Part shown: positions 1-12,643 of the stretch, one piece after another
Layout of the letters: each line of letters opens with the position of its first letter
How positions within the stretch are numbered: the first letter of the stretch is position 1
Origin: Octopus sinensis
Lineage: Eukaryota
Direction: 5' to 3'
Assembly (NCBI RefSeq): GCF_006345805.1
Contig: NC_043008.1
Coordinates: forward strand, 15,066,001 to 15,130,000
Length of the DNA stretch: 64,000 bases
The notes under the pieces: generated by a model
Database searches by the model: none
Seen by the model: the letters and a program-made list of their open reading frames with translations, nothing else
Told to the model about the DNA's origin: nothing
Program-made: the position numbers and the translations under genes

Positions 1-924
1 ATGACAAAAATTAACAAACAGTACAAAAAAAAACATAGGAAGCGTAACGATGGCACATAAAATATAGAGACGTGTAATTTTGTTGGTCAACATTTTTATC
101 GAAGTTCCAATTGGGTAAGCTAAACACAATATTAGTTTGTCAGTAAAACATAGACATTATAATGGTTGTAGATAACGCTGGTGACGGTTCTGGTTAGGCA
201 GCGGTGGCAGCGGTGAATGGCATGGTACGATGGTGGTGATGGTGGTGGTAGTGGTTGTGGTGGTGGTAGCGAGGGGAGATGTTATAGTGTGTAGATTTAT
301 AGTACAGGAATTCAAGTAATCAGCTTTGATGTAAATTCGCCGATAATGAGAGCTGCAGAATTCCCCGGAGTAATTATCTGAATGCATTTTTGATTTTGGT
401 TGACAGTCAAGGACAAATACGCTATTAGTTTTCCTAAACAGATTGATCGATCGATGCCCGAGAAATCGATGCCGACTAATAATTCGTATTCTAATAATGC
501 GATATGAAATACGTGTATCGGTATTTGAAGGCTTATTGATGACAGTGTGTCAGTGACTATCGAGGGGGATGGCCAGATGGATAGATGGATGGATAAATGA
601 ATGGATGAATGGATAGAGGGACCGATGGATGGATGGATGAAGAGATCGAAGGATGGATGGATGGATGGACAGATCGATGGTTAAGCGAAAGGGGTTATGG
701 TGACAATGACGCGGAATAATCGCCAGATAATAATGTAATATTTTGCAACGAACCACTTCTATTCTCTTTCTGTCATATTGTTTAGTTATGTTGAGGAGGT
801 TTCTGATAGCAATGTGTAGGGAAATAGGCTTTTGGATTAGAATGGGATATTTTATAGTTTTGCATGGAATTGATAGTTATTGGATAATGTATGGCATACG
901 GTGTGTGATGTTGCGTGGGCTGTG

Positions 925-926
925 GC

Positions 927-979
<53 letters not shown>

Positions 980-1258
980 GTGTATGTGTGTGTATGTCTG
1001 TGTGTGTGCATATATATATTTATGTATATATAAATATATATCTTAATTTATAGATGTATTATTACACATTCATAAATACATCTATGCGTATATATGTGTG
1101 TGTGTGCGTGTATATATATATATATATATATACATACACACATATAAACACACATGTATATTCATATATGCATATATAAACACATACACATATATATACA
1201 CATATACACATACCTGAAGGTCTATGGGTTTATGTGTGTACATATATAAATATATCTT

Positions 1259-1292
<34 letters not shown>

Positions 1293-1377
1293 ATATATAT
1301 ACATATACATCACACATATCTCACACGCATATATGTATTTGTATATATATATATATATTTATAGATGTATATATATT

Positions 1378-1425
<48 letters not shown>

Positions 1426-1500
1426 GTATATTAATATATATATATATATATATATTTATGTATTTATATATATATATATATATATATATTTATGTTTTAT
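925..1500. repeat. Compound (TA)n/(TGTATA)n/(CA)n microsatellite tract
   Basis: Long runs of tatata, tgtata and cacaca; ORFs 743..1033 and 1234..1434 are CICIC/IYIY translations of it. Confidence 0.9.
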
Positions 1501-2149
1501 ATATTATTAATATTTACACACACGTTTGTGAATCTAATGCATAACGGAGAAGGGAGAGAGGCGAAGAAATTGGTGTTAAATATGATAATTTGTAGCAATA
1601 TGTGGTATATTGCCAATATCTCACAACTTAATACCATGACCAGATACAGTGAACAGCTTAGTGCTAGAGTTCTACGTTAAAATTGTCACCTAGCACATGT
1701 AATTACTAGCCAACGAAGAGAAGTTCTGAGTTGCTGATCTAAGCTTGATACACAGCTCAAAGCTCTCAAAGAAATAATAGCTTTGCCATTTACTTATTGG
1801 CAGATCTGATTTTACATTCATGAATAAATTTACACGCCACCTTCGTATGAAAAAAAAAAAAAGAAACAGAAATATATGCATCTACAGTAGACTCGAGAAG
1901 AAAAGCAATAGAAGCGGTTTGATATTCTCCACATCAAAAATTTTCTTTTGATATTCGACAACAGCAAATGAAAAAAAAAAAACATGCAGAGATATAGTCT
2001 TACGTATAGGGCACACGTAGAGATATATCGCCACATGAATAAAACTTAGCTAACGCATATACATGCACAAAAAGATGAACATGCAAATACGATATTTATC
2101 GCAGTCAGAGTTCTAGATATGCAAACAAGTGTATGTCTATCGACATACA

Positions 2150-3200
2150 CGCCTATGAATGTATGTATGTATGATGCATGTATGAATGTATGAATGTGTG
2201 TATATAAGTGTTTGTGTATGTATGAATATATATATATATATTATATATATATATATAATATATATATATATATGTAAATGAATGTATGCTTATCTATATG
2301 TAATATATATGTATGTATATATATTTATATATATATATATATATAAATGCATATATATGGATACATACATATATATATATATATATATGTAATAATATAT
2401 ATATGCATAGATATATATATGCTTATATACGTTTAAATATATTAATATACAAGTATATGCATACTATATACACATGTATGTAGAAATATATATATAATCT
2501 ATCTATCTATACATTCATAAACCTCTACATGAATGCATGTAATGCTTCTCTCTCTCCCTGTATATATATATATATATTATATATATATATATATATTATA
2601 TATATATATATGTATGCCTATACAAAAATGCATGCACACACACATGTACACACATTTATACATCCATTTATATATATATATATATTATATATATATATAT
2701 ATCGGTGTTTGTATGTAAGCATGTATTCATTAATGCATGTTTATGACCGCCTCTGTGCGTGCGAGCGTCTGTGTATGCGCGCGTACGTGCATGTGTGTCT
2801 GTATGTTTGCGTGTGCGTGTGTGTGTGTGTACGCGCCGCGCGTGTTTGCATAGTGTAAACAGAAATAAGGTCTAGATATTGGATACAAACATGAAAGCGT
2901 GAGAAATGTGATCAGCTTATTGTATTGATGAAAATATTCCCAGCTTAACTGAAACCCACTAAAACATCAACACACACTTACATGCATACATGCATACGTC
3001 CGTACATACATGCATATATACATACATACATACATACATGCAGGCATATATGTATTAACTAAGACGAAAACATGCATTCGCTAATGTTTATGAGCATACA
3101 CACATGTATGCATTCATATAACACACATACGCTCACATTTACTCATGCACGTATGCAAACATATTCGTACACACACACACAAATTTATATTTATACATGT

Positions 3201-3254
<54 letters not shown>

Positions 3255-3446
3255 CTCTGTATGTATGTGTATAGAAATATATAGCTATGTATATATATAT
3301 ATGTTTATATATATATATATGTTTATATATATATACATATATATATACATATATATTATATATCATAGATATATACATACATATATATATATTTGATATA
3401 TGAATATATGTACATGATTATATATATCTATATATATATATATATC

Positions 3447-3489
<43 letters not shown>

Positions 3490-3500
3490 ATATGTATGTG

Positions 3501-3534
<34 letters not shown>

Positions 3535-3549
3535 ATATATATTGATATG

Positions 3550-3592
<43 letters not shown>

Positions 3593-3665
3593 ATTTATAT
3601 GTATAAATATGTATGCGTACACATACGTACTCTCTCTCTCTATATATATGTAGAAGCATACACAT
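2150..3665. repeat. Interrupted (TA)n/(TG)n/(CA)n microsatellite region
   Basis: Repeated dinucleotide runs; the overlapping ORFs are YIYI/THTH artefacts. Confidence 0.85.
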
Positions 3666-4236
3666 ATATGACACCGCTACGGGTTATTTTCCAAAAGATC
3701 TGAGTCTAACATTCTTAATGACATGACAGGAAATCAAATGATAATTTGGGATCACTGTCAAAGAGATTATGTAGAACAGCCCACGTGTGTATACATGTGT
3801 ATGTGTGCGTGTACGTGTATGTCTGTGCGTGTATGTGTGTGAGTATGAGCGCGTGTATGTGTATGTGTGTCGGTGTGATTACGGTGACGTTTGAAAATCC
3901 GCTTGAAACCATTCCATTTCATTTACGTAAAAGGCCTCTCCCGCGCCACGTTCTGGATATTATTGTAGAAACCTGCAAGCGCTTCTTTTGTGTTTGACCT
4001 TCCTACAAACTAACTGCATCGTTTAAACATCGGTAAATTCAGTCCCATTATATCCGTGCACAGCAAAACCATGTGTATAAATGCTATTTTTGTGTGTTTT
4101 GGTAACGTTTCTCTCCAGATGGAGACGATGAGCATAAATCGCATGTGTAGCGGATCCTAAATTCGGAGAGTATATTGTTTCGCTTGAAAAACGACAACTT
4201 CATGGCTGCAGGAACATGGAGGAAAGATAAAAGGTA

Positions 4237-4452
4237 GGAAGGAAATGTCAGAGGCTGGTGCTTTCTTTTTGATATATTAGACCGAAGAGACAGACCCGGC
4301 CAAGATCACTTATGGGTTATCTGAGACTTGTGTAGAGGAAGAAGGAAGGAAATGCCTGAGGCTGGCGCTTTTTTTTTGATATTTTAGACAGAAGAGAAAG
4401 TCCCGGCCAAGAATCACTTACGGGTTATCTGAGACTTGTGGAGAGGAAGATG
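4237..4452. repeat. Two-copy direct repeat, period about 107 bp
   Basis: ggaaggaaatg...gaggctgg...cccggccaaga(a)tcactta(t/c)gggttatctgagacttgtg..gaggaaga starts at 4237 and again at 4344. Confidence 0.9.
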
Positions 4453-4519
4453 GAAGATCTGGTGTGATTGCTTGCAGCAGAACGGAATCTGCTAAGAGCA
4501 CTCAAGATGCCAGGAGGTG

Positions 4520-4739
4520 AGCATTTAAACCGGATACATCCGGCCCAAATATTCTACCTGTTTTATGTTCAAACTGGCCGGATCTGGTCTCTCACACCTA
4601 TCTTACAATGTATTCCTAAAAGTAAAAGCAAGCACACCATCGAAATATTAGAGTTATGAGATCATGCACGATTAATTCGAAATAATGTGAGTGGATAAGC
4701 ATTGCATTTGACAGATTAATCTGAACGCTAAAGGATTAA
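4520..4739. mobile_element. Possible piggyBac-like MITE remnant (one intact end)
   Basis: Right end ...aacgctaaaggattaa resembles a TTAA-CCCTT-type piggyBac terminus read in reverse; the left end is only partly similar (gcatttaaac). Family assignment is from recollection. Confidence 0.3.
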
Positions 4740-5262
4740 ACTTGTTGAATATTAAGTCTACTAATCCAAGTAGGCCATGATGGAATTTGAACTCAACTGA
4801 GACAATTACTGCATGGCATCCAGGTGGACACACTGATACACCACTCTTTGTTGGAACAGTGCGAGGAAAATTTGGCGTAGGTAGTCAATGAGAGTCAGGA
4901 CAAATACTGTGTGGTATTTCTATTCGGCTCTCTAACGGCACCCTCACTTCGCCAGCTAGCCGAGGCGAGGTTAGTGATGAGCCCACTGGAGTGGAAACAT
5001 TATGGGTGACAAGATTAAGGAAAGAGGAGTAAATCGGGAAGACGTGAGTATCTGTATGTATATGAATGTATATGTGTGTTCCTGAATGAGTTTGTGCATG
5101 TATACACACCTGTGCGTATGTGCTTAAATATATAGTGCTGTTTAGCCCAAAGTTAGCCGTGATTGAGGAGATCCTCATTTAATACCGTTTTGTCTTAGCC
5201 GTGACTATCCATTCAATTTGTATATTAGGTGATTTATTGTCCAATAAGTCCTACTTACTAAA

Positions 5263-5493
5263 GGCGGCGAGCTGGCAGAATAGCTAGCACGCCGGGCGAA
5301 ATGCGTAGCCGTATTTCGTCTGCCATTACGTTCTGAGTTCAAATTCCGCCGAGATCGACTTTGCCTTTCATCCTTTCGGGGTCGATAAATTAAGTACCAG
5401 CTAAGCACTGGGGCCGATGTAATCGACTTAATCCGCTTGTCTGTCCTTGTTTGTCCCCTCTATGTTTAGACCCTTGTGGGTAGTAAAGAAATA
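5263..5493 (+). mobile_element. tRNA-derived SINE, family A (full-length monomer)
   Basis: ggcggcgagctggcagaa head (A-box-like), gagttcaaattcc B-box, body ...cggggtcgataaattaagtaccag..., tail ...cccttgtgggtagtaaagaaata; near-identical copies at 8.9, 10.1, 20.5-21.1, 33.5 and 52.0 kb. Confidence 0.92.
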
Positions 5494-5814
5494 ATTCCTT
5501 CTACTCTTTGAATGTTAGGAGATTCAGCTGTTATGTCATGTGAATCGAGCAGCTGCATAGAGGGTCGTTTGTTGGTGCGAGAAGTTATAATCATTTTCTG
5601 ATGGAAGTTCTATGCATTTGACTACGAATATTATTAAGAAACACTTGAACGCCATAGAAACGTATTCCATGACCTTAAACAAAAGACGTCCTCGAGTTGT
5701 GATATATTGCCTTTGATATATTTCTCCTATTTCATCATGAAGGATGAGGGATTGAATGTAGGTTTTGTTTATTGTGCCATCCCCTCTATATACATTTAAT
5801 CTGCGGCTTTTAAA

Positions 5815-6025
5815 GATGGTGGATGGGACAATTCGTTAGCATATCGGAAAAAAATGTTTCGTGATCTTTTTTCTACCTCAAACCGAATTCTGAATTCAAA
5901 TCCTACCAAACTCATCTTAGCCTTTTATACTTGCAAATCGATAAAGTAACGTACCAGTCATGTACTGAGTTATAATTAAGTAAACTCTTCCCCTAAAGCT
6001 TTTGCCTTATACCTAAGTTAGAAAT
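5815..6025 (+). mobile_element. Old degenerate family A-like SINE (alternative A2 tail)
   Basis: ttctgaattcaaatcc B-box-like motif, cgataaagtaacgtaccagt body motif, and ...ttcccct...gccttatacctaagttagaaa tail similar to the copies at 52.9 and 59.0 kb. Confidence 0.5.
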
Positions 6026-6221
6026 AAAATAATAAGCGACATTATTTATCATGCCTCTAACACTCTGTAGTAGTTCGCAACTACATTCGCACTCTAGGGA
6101 TGTGATATATAAACGCTTTAATGCTCATTGTTAATGTTTAGGTCGTTGCAACTTGCATTGTCTTTGTTGCTACTGATGATATTGTTATTCAGTACAAAGT
6201 CAGTTCTGAGATCGATGACGC

Positions 6222-6288
6222 TCTGAGATCAATGGGGTTTCAGCTGTGACCATTCTGAGATCAATGGGGTTTCAGCTGTGACCATTCT
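6222..6288. repeat. Perfect 32-bp tandem duplication inside a degenerate interspersed repeat
   Basis: tctgagatcaatggggtttcagctgtgaccat at 6222-6253 and 6254-6285. The surrounding 6200-6420 resembles the gagatttg..ctatttct(a/c)gca repeat also seen near 56230 and, reversed, near 11420. Confidence 0.85.
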
Positions 6289-6944
6289 ATCATTTTTCTA
6301 TGGATAGTGTATCCTACATTATATTATCCAATGATGTTTTTTTCAAAGACGATAGGGTCAGATTTAAGAGAGATTTGATTACTATTTCTCGCAGATTAAG
6401 CGACCGCATTGATGTTTAATCTATTACATATTACACACAAGAAACAAAGGAAAAAGTATAAAGTATTTGCTACAATGAAGAAATTCACATTATATTAGTA
6501 TTAGAATCATGTGGTGGGGTTCTGAAATCATTAAACATTTGTTGAAAATTTTACGTGCCCACTCAACGTCTGGTTAAGCTGACAATATAACCAAAGGCGT
6601 TTTTAAATGTCTATAAAATTATATTAATGTTTCGTTGCTTTATTTAAGGTGGTAGGTTGTGGTTTGAAGGAAATTTGGCAGCTGGTTTTTATAAAAACCG
6701 TGCTACACCATAAATCCTTTCTTGCCACCTCTTCTATCTCATGTGATCTTTTTCGACTGAAAGAGCCAATGAGAGAGGATTCTACGAATGCCAGCTCAAT
6801 ATCAACGATAACATCAACATCAACAGCAACATCTGTCACAGCGAAAGATGTAAAAGAGGCAGGCAAGTACAGAATATTTGTGAGGATTATTGTGGACGAA
6901 GGATGGGTCAAATATTTTAGAAAAGAAAAAGATGAGATGAGATT

Positions 6945-7307
6945 ATGATGATGATGTTGAAGAAGACGGAAAAGAAGGAGACGAAGAAGAAGAAGAAGAA
7001 GAAGAAGAAGAAGAAGAAGAAGAAGAAGGAGACGAAGAAGAAGAAGAAGAAAAAAAAGAAGAAGAAGAAGGAGACGAAGAAGAAGAAGGAGACGAAGAAG
7101 AAGAAGAAGAAAAAAAAAGAAGAAAAAGAAGAAGAAGAAGAAGAGAGGAGGTGAAGAAGAAGGAGAAGAAGAAGAAGAAGGAGAAGAAGAAGGAGAAGAA
7201 GAAGAGAGGAGAAAAGAAGAAGAAGAAGAAGGAGAAGAAGAAGAAGAAGAAGAAGAAGGAGAAGAAGAAGGAGAAGAAGAAGAAGGAGAAGGAGAAGGAG
7301 AAGAAAT
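6945..7307. repeat. (GAA)n/(GAG) purine trinucleotide microsatellite
   Basis: About 350 bp of aagaagaag with gag/gac variants; the poly-K/E ORF 6945..7154 is an artefact. Confidence 0.95.
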
Positions 7308-8886
7308 AGTCGTTCGTTCCTTTAGACCAAATGGTGCAAGAATACTTTTAAATGTTTTCCGAAAGCTCTTTAAAGCTTAGGGTCTGCGAGGCCGATGAGA
7401 ACTCATTGGCTAGACATTCTCTTCAGAATTACAATTTCACAGCCATTCCTGTGTTTCGCCATGATGTACGTAGTATGTTGTGAAATTACTACCATGTGTA
7501 AAAGTTTTATTTGGATTATATAAATACATGTTGCACCAAAACTGCCATCAATCTTCTGTTGTTAGTAGTTTTCGTCAATATATTTATCTTGCTGGAAAAT
7601 TATTAAACCTCGGTAGATATTATATCTATAGTAAATGTAAAACTTGACAGAGATGACTAAGAGGAACGGGGAAAAATAAAACAAGAAAAAAAAAATCGAA
7701 CGTTTTATCAGTTTGGAACAACTTTTTATAAGTGTATTTCTGTGAATAAAGCACTCAGTTAAATGGTGTTCCATGTACACATTGGTATGTGAGATTCTTT
7801 GAACCTTTTCATGCAATGTGTATTTATGATTCCCAGTTCTGACAATGCACAAGCCAAGGTTGATTTTACCCATTGATGCCATACCTGCTGATCACTTAAG
7901 CTGGATGGCTTAAAACATCATTTGTATAGGCGCATTACAATTTTATTTGAATAAGACACATGCGTTCACATAATTAATGTTGACAGGAATTAAAAGCTTA
8001 GCACGTCATAGACTGCTCTCTATTTTCGTCGCCTCCAGATATTAATTCGATTTTAAACACAAGCCTAACACCGCAAACACATTTTGGGAGGTAAATACAT
8101 ACTTAGTAATGTATCAAATTTAATATTACAAGGAATGTTTGTGATTAGAAAGAATCAGAGCAAGCAAAAAGAGTGTATATATTATGTATACAAAGGGATG
8201 CTGTTGCCTATGTTTACATCAGTAACTCATAAAAAAAATAGCTTGTTTGAGCTGTATCGTCTCTTTGTTAATTGAACCACTCTGCTTGGAATATGCTACG
8301 TTTCTATACCAAACCTCGACTAAAACTACTTACTACATACAATTATTCTCCCCCCACCCCGTCACGCTTGTTGTATCTCACCCTCATGTTTAGTATTAAC
8401 AATACTACTGTAAATTTGAATCATTCAGACAGCCATTTCTTGTGGATGGCTTTCACCATGCAACAATGCCGAAAAGAACTGATTCATACCGTTTCCCTGG
8501 GTTGCTCAGTGTATCATGACGAACAAAGGTTGCAAACCTCTGTGCAGTCTCTTCGTTAGTTGTTGAAAGTGCTTTAAAATGGAAAGAATTGTATAATACA
8601 AAAAATGGGAACTAAATGATAGTTTACTAATACATGTAGTGGGATTTATACAGCCTTCCCGGATTACTGATTTTTTCGAACCACGGATGGTCATCTCTAA
8701 ATTCAACAACTATTAAATTTTTTAAACAATAAAATGAAATAGAATAACACCGGTCTTAAATACAAATGATACAAGTTTATTAATAATGTGCTGTGTAACG
8801 TACTATGAAAGAGGGCCGCCCTTCAAACTAGTTTCAGAGCCACGGAAGTTTCAAGTTCCTACCCATAAACTAGTACAGATTATAAA

Positions 8887-9135
8887 GGTGGCGAGCTGGT
8901 ATAAGGTGGCGAGCTGGCAGAAATGTTAGCACGCCGGGCGAAATGCGTAACCGTATTTCGTCTGCCGTTACGTTCTGAGTTCAAATTCCGCCGAGGTCGA
9001 CTTTGCCTTTCATCCTTTCGGGGTCGATAAATTAAGTACCAGTTACGCACTGGGGTCGATGTAATCGACTTAATCCGTTTGTCTGTCCTTGTTTCTCCCC
9101 TTTATATTTAGCCCCTTGGGGGTAGTAAAGAAATA
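8887..9135 (+). mobile_element. Family A SINE with duplicated 5' end and 8-bp TSD
   Basis: Full monomer 8905-9135; the head (tata a(a)ggtggcgagctgg) is present twice, at 8881 and 8900; agattata flanks at 8877-8884 and 9135-9142. Confidence 0.92.
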
Positions 9136-9969
9136 GATTATATGAGGTTCCGAACCGTCACTGTCCGGAAAGACGGTGTCGTACCTGTATAATAATTTCC
9201 TTCACAGAAAAAAATTAGCGAATTAGAGTTAGTTACCTACAAAGATATAGAAGTAGTTATAAATTAGCACAAATATGTAGCAGTGAATGTAAGGTGGTCT
9301 CGAATGGTAATTTGGTATGTTCAAAAATACTGGTTCTGAAACGTTTGGGATGTTTGCCAGACTAAAGTATTTGTTGGAACAACGTACCTGGAAAAGAGCT
9401 GATTTAATACGAACCGCAATGTGATATCTTAGAACTATTTAGAGAACCAAAGACAAAGAAAAACAATTTAATGGTCGATTAAATACAAATAATTTCTATC
9501 TGGAATTCTAGTGAAAACATTCGCTGTATCAGACTGTGAATTTCACACTTCCGTGATCAGAATCTGCAAAGTGTATCAGTGACATTTACGAATCACACAT
9601 ACAATAAACTATCGAATTTTTCAATATGACCAACTTCCCGCATTTACCAATATATTCATTAATTGATATTTTTATTCGTTCCTTTTGATTAGCAGCAAAC
9701 CAATATTTTTTTACTTTATCGAGACATTAGCGATTCTATGTAGTTCGTTGCATGGAATCTAGTAATATGGGTGTTTAGCTGAACCCTTGACGAGAGATAA
9801 CAGGAAAATTCTTCCTGTTAGTGCATAAACTACTGATCACGTTTAAGAATATAGTAATGTGATGCATTTAACTCTCTGTTATGTTTCTAAAGCTATAATT
9901 CTGCTGGGCAGCAACCAAAATAATATAGTTTTTCCTTCATCGGAGCTTAAGACCTAAACACAACAATGT

Positions 9970-10374
9970 TCGTTCTGAGTTCCAATTCCGCCGAGGTGGA
10001 CTTTGCCTGTCATCCTTTCAGGGTCGATAAATAAAGTACCACTTTCGCACTGGGGTCGATGTAATCGACTTAATCCCTTTGTCTGTCCTTGTTTGTCCCC
10101 TCTATATTTATCCCCTTGTGGACAATAAAGAAATATATAAGGCGGCGAGCTGGCAGAAACGTTAGCACGCCGGGCGAAATGCGTAGCCGTATTTCGTCTG
10201 TCGTTACGTTCTGAGTTCAAATTCCGCCGAGTTCGACTTTGCCTTTTATCCTTTCAGGGTCGATAAATAAAGTACCAGTTTCGCACTGGGGTCGATGTAA
10301 TCGACTTAATCCCTTTGTCTGTCCTTGTTTGTCCCCTCTATGTTTAGCCCTTTGTGGACAATAAAGAAATATAT
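9970..10374 (+). mobile_element. Family A SINE dimer (5'-truncated copy + full copy) inside one 13-bp TSD
   Basis: Copy 1 9970-10140, copy 2 10141-10374; aacacaacaatgt at 9957-9969 and 10375-10387. Confidence 0.92.
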
Positions 10375-10764
10375 AACACAACAATGTGTATGATTAATTG
10401 AACCGTTCTTCCTAAACACAAACACGCTTGCACATACATATATGCTTAAATATATATACACACAATCTCCTTTCTACGTAAGCACACTCACCTATTGTAA
10501 TACGCATAATGTTTCTCTCCCAGACAAAGAGAGATTACCAACACCTCATATTAGTTTTCTCCCCATCGTATAGAAACTTATCCAAACTTATGAAACACAC
10601 TGTATCATTTCCGGCATCATAGACAATCAACAATTACCAGTTCCCTGGGACTCTATCTTTGAATATTGCACAATGACACACACTGTTTTATATATATATA
10701 TACACACTCACACTTATATACTTACATACATATACATTTATATACATACATATATATCTATATA

Positions 10765-10949
10765 TTTTTTTTCTCTCCTTTTTTTCTCTCCTTGTTTTTT
10801 TCTGTGTATCTTTCTATCGAAGAGCGTAGACTCGAAACGTAAAAGACTTTTTCTATTTCTATTTCTGAGCGCTATACTAATACAATTGTTTGTTTGTACT
10901 CCACCTCTTTCGTCTTTTGTTTATTTTCGTAAACCTTCCCGTTATATTG
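10765..10949 (+). mobile_element. Short pyrimidine-rich unit embedded in (TA)n, Penelope-LTR/retrozyme-like
   Basis: Same architecture as 18420-18616: pyrimidine tract, ..ctcgaaacgt.. motif, then ttt(c)ctgagcg...taatac and tt(g)tt..ccac; flanked by (TA)n. Confidence 0.5.
10809..10846 (+). ncRNA. Degenerate minimal type-I hammerhead ribozyme motif
   Basis: tcttt / ctatcga (CUGANGA-like, mutated) / a / gagc-gtag-actc stem II / gaaac / gt / a / aaaga; tcttt pairs with aaaga (stem I); stem III is the palindrome acgt. Confidence 0.5.
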
Positions 10950-10973
10950 TATATATATATATATATACATACA

Positions 10974-11009
<36 letters not shown>

Positions 11010-11616
11010 TTATAATATTATATATATATATATATTATATATATATATATATATAATATATATATATATATAATGAACCGCGCAAAGAAACGTAATTTTG
11101 CAAATGCCATTTTTATATGCTAAATTCTGTAAATTTATTTTCCGGGATGTGAATGTAAATATTCCAAGACGTACTCGTTTATGGCTGAGACCCAAATTGC
11201 AGGTAACCTTTCAACTTTCCCTGAAACGAGACGCCAAAACGCAGCTGCGTTGGATGCCGTGGGTGGCAGTCGCAAACAGTTGTCATGACAGCCGAAATGC
11301 ACGTGCATCTCGTGGAGGCTATGGGTATAAAAATCGACCTGAACCGCATTCCTGGCGTTTAAAAATTTGGACGCTATTCATTCCCTTCCCTTTCGAGGTT
11401 AGTGTCGGGAATTACGGTTGCTATTGCTAGAAATAGATGCCAAATGGCTCTAAAAACCAACCCCATTACTCCATTAGCACAAGCTGTCATCGGCCAGAGG
11501 AAAAAATAAACTAGACATTTAAATCAATTGTATATCGAACGATTTCAAACTTAGCGTTATGAAAACACCTTGTTATTTTCAGTGCAGTACGTCAAAATAT
11601 ATACACGCAAATATTA

Positions 11617-11646
11617 TACATACCCATAAGAACGTCATAGTCGCAC

Positions 11647-11698
<52 letters not shown>

Positions 11699-12643
11699 TT
11701 GTACGTATATACTAGTAAAAATCCAATTTATCTTCTCATCGCAACTAGGTGCATTTTTTTTTATTAAAATAACCTCGCAGCGAATGCGATTTGATAAGGA
11801 GCAAAAATATTTTTCTTTATATAGAACTAGCGGTATCGCCCGGCGTTGCTCGGGTTTGTAAGGGAAATAACCATATAAGCATTTTTAGAGAGTTATAGCC
11901 AAAAAATAGCAAAAAAATGCATTAAAAATGGAAAAAAAATTATGGTAATTCTTTTTTAAATCGTTGACTCATCGTAGACATTTTTAGAGAGTTACTTCCC
12001 TTATATAATAGCGAATAAATGCATTAAAATGAAAAAAATGATGGCAATTTTTTTTTAAATCGTGGACTCATCGTAGACGCGCGCTAATACCCAGAAGGGC
12101 TCGATATGAATCGCGACTATAAGATACCCGGTTTTGGTTAAACTGCACCGCAAAATGTGGGAGTAGTTAGGAATCTAAATCGTAGGAGACAGACACACAA
12201 CTTGACTTTTATATATAAAGATTGAAGATAAAATCTCTTTAATGATTTTATCAAGTGGCCAACGTGAAATAAAGACCTTGTAGTTAACATTTTATATTAG
12301 ATATATAATTATATAGATTATCATATTAAAGGATTCGGATGTAAAAACTCTTACACGCTAAAATAATACAATCATCTATATAATTATATGTTTAGTATAA
12401 AATATTACCTTTAATGTTTTTAGTTCACGCTGGCCACTTGATAAAATCATTAAAGTAATTTTATCCTTAATTCTATATAAAGAAAAAATATACATTTGCT
12501 CCTTATCAAATCGCATTCGCTGCGGGGTTACTTTGATGAAAAATGCACATGGTTGCGATGAGAAGATAAACTGGTTTTTACTAGTATATACGTACAAATG
12601 TATGTAGATGGTCATGAGACTATTATGCTCGTAGGGGTATGTA
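11617..12643. mobile_element. Foldback (long palindromic) element interrupted by a Helitron
   Basis: 11692-11826 is the reverse complement of about 12471-12603; 12222-12328 pairs with about 12362-12470; spacer about 12329-12361; outer arms stay similar out to 11617 and 12643. Confidence 0.85.
11827..12221 (-). mobile_element. Non-autonomous Helitron (395 bp)
   Basis: On the minus strand: 5'-TC (tctttatatataaaag) followed by gtgtgtctgtct; 3' GC hairpin cccgagcaacgccggg, then ...accgCTAG; inserted between A and T with no TSD; internal tandem duplication of about 99 bp (11880-11978, 11979-12077). Confidence 0.85.

Noticed and set aside
8489-8570. Minus-strand candidate exon (LSTTNEETAQRFATFVRHDTLSNPGKR)
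   Set aside because: Splice-like flanks occur often by chance in AT-rich DNA, and there is no partner exon or homology.
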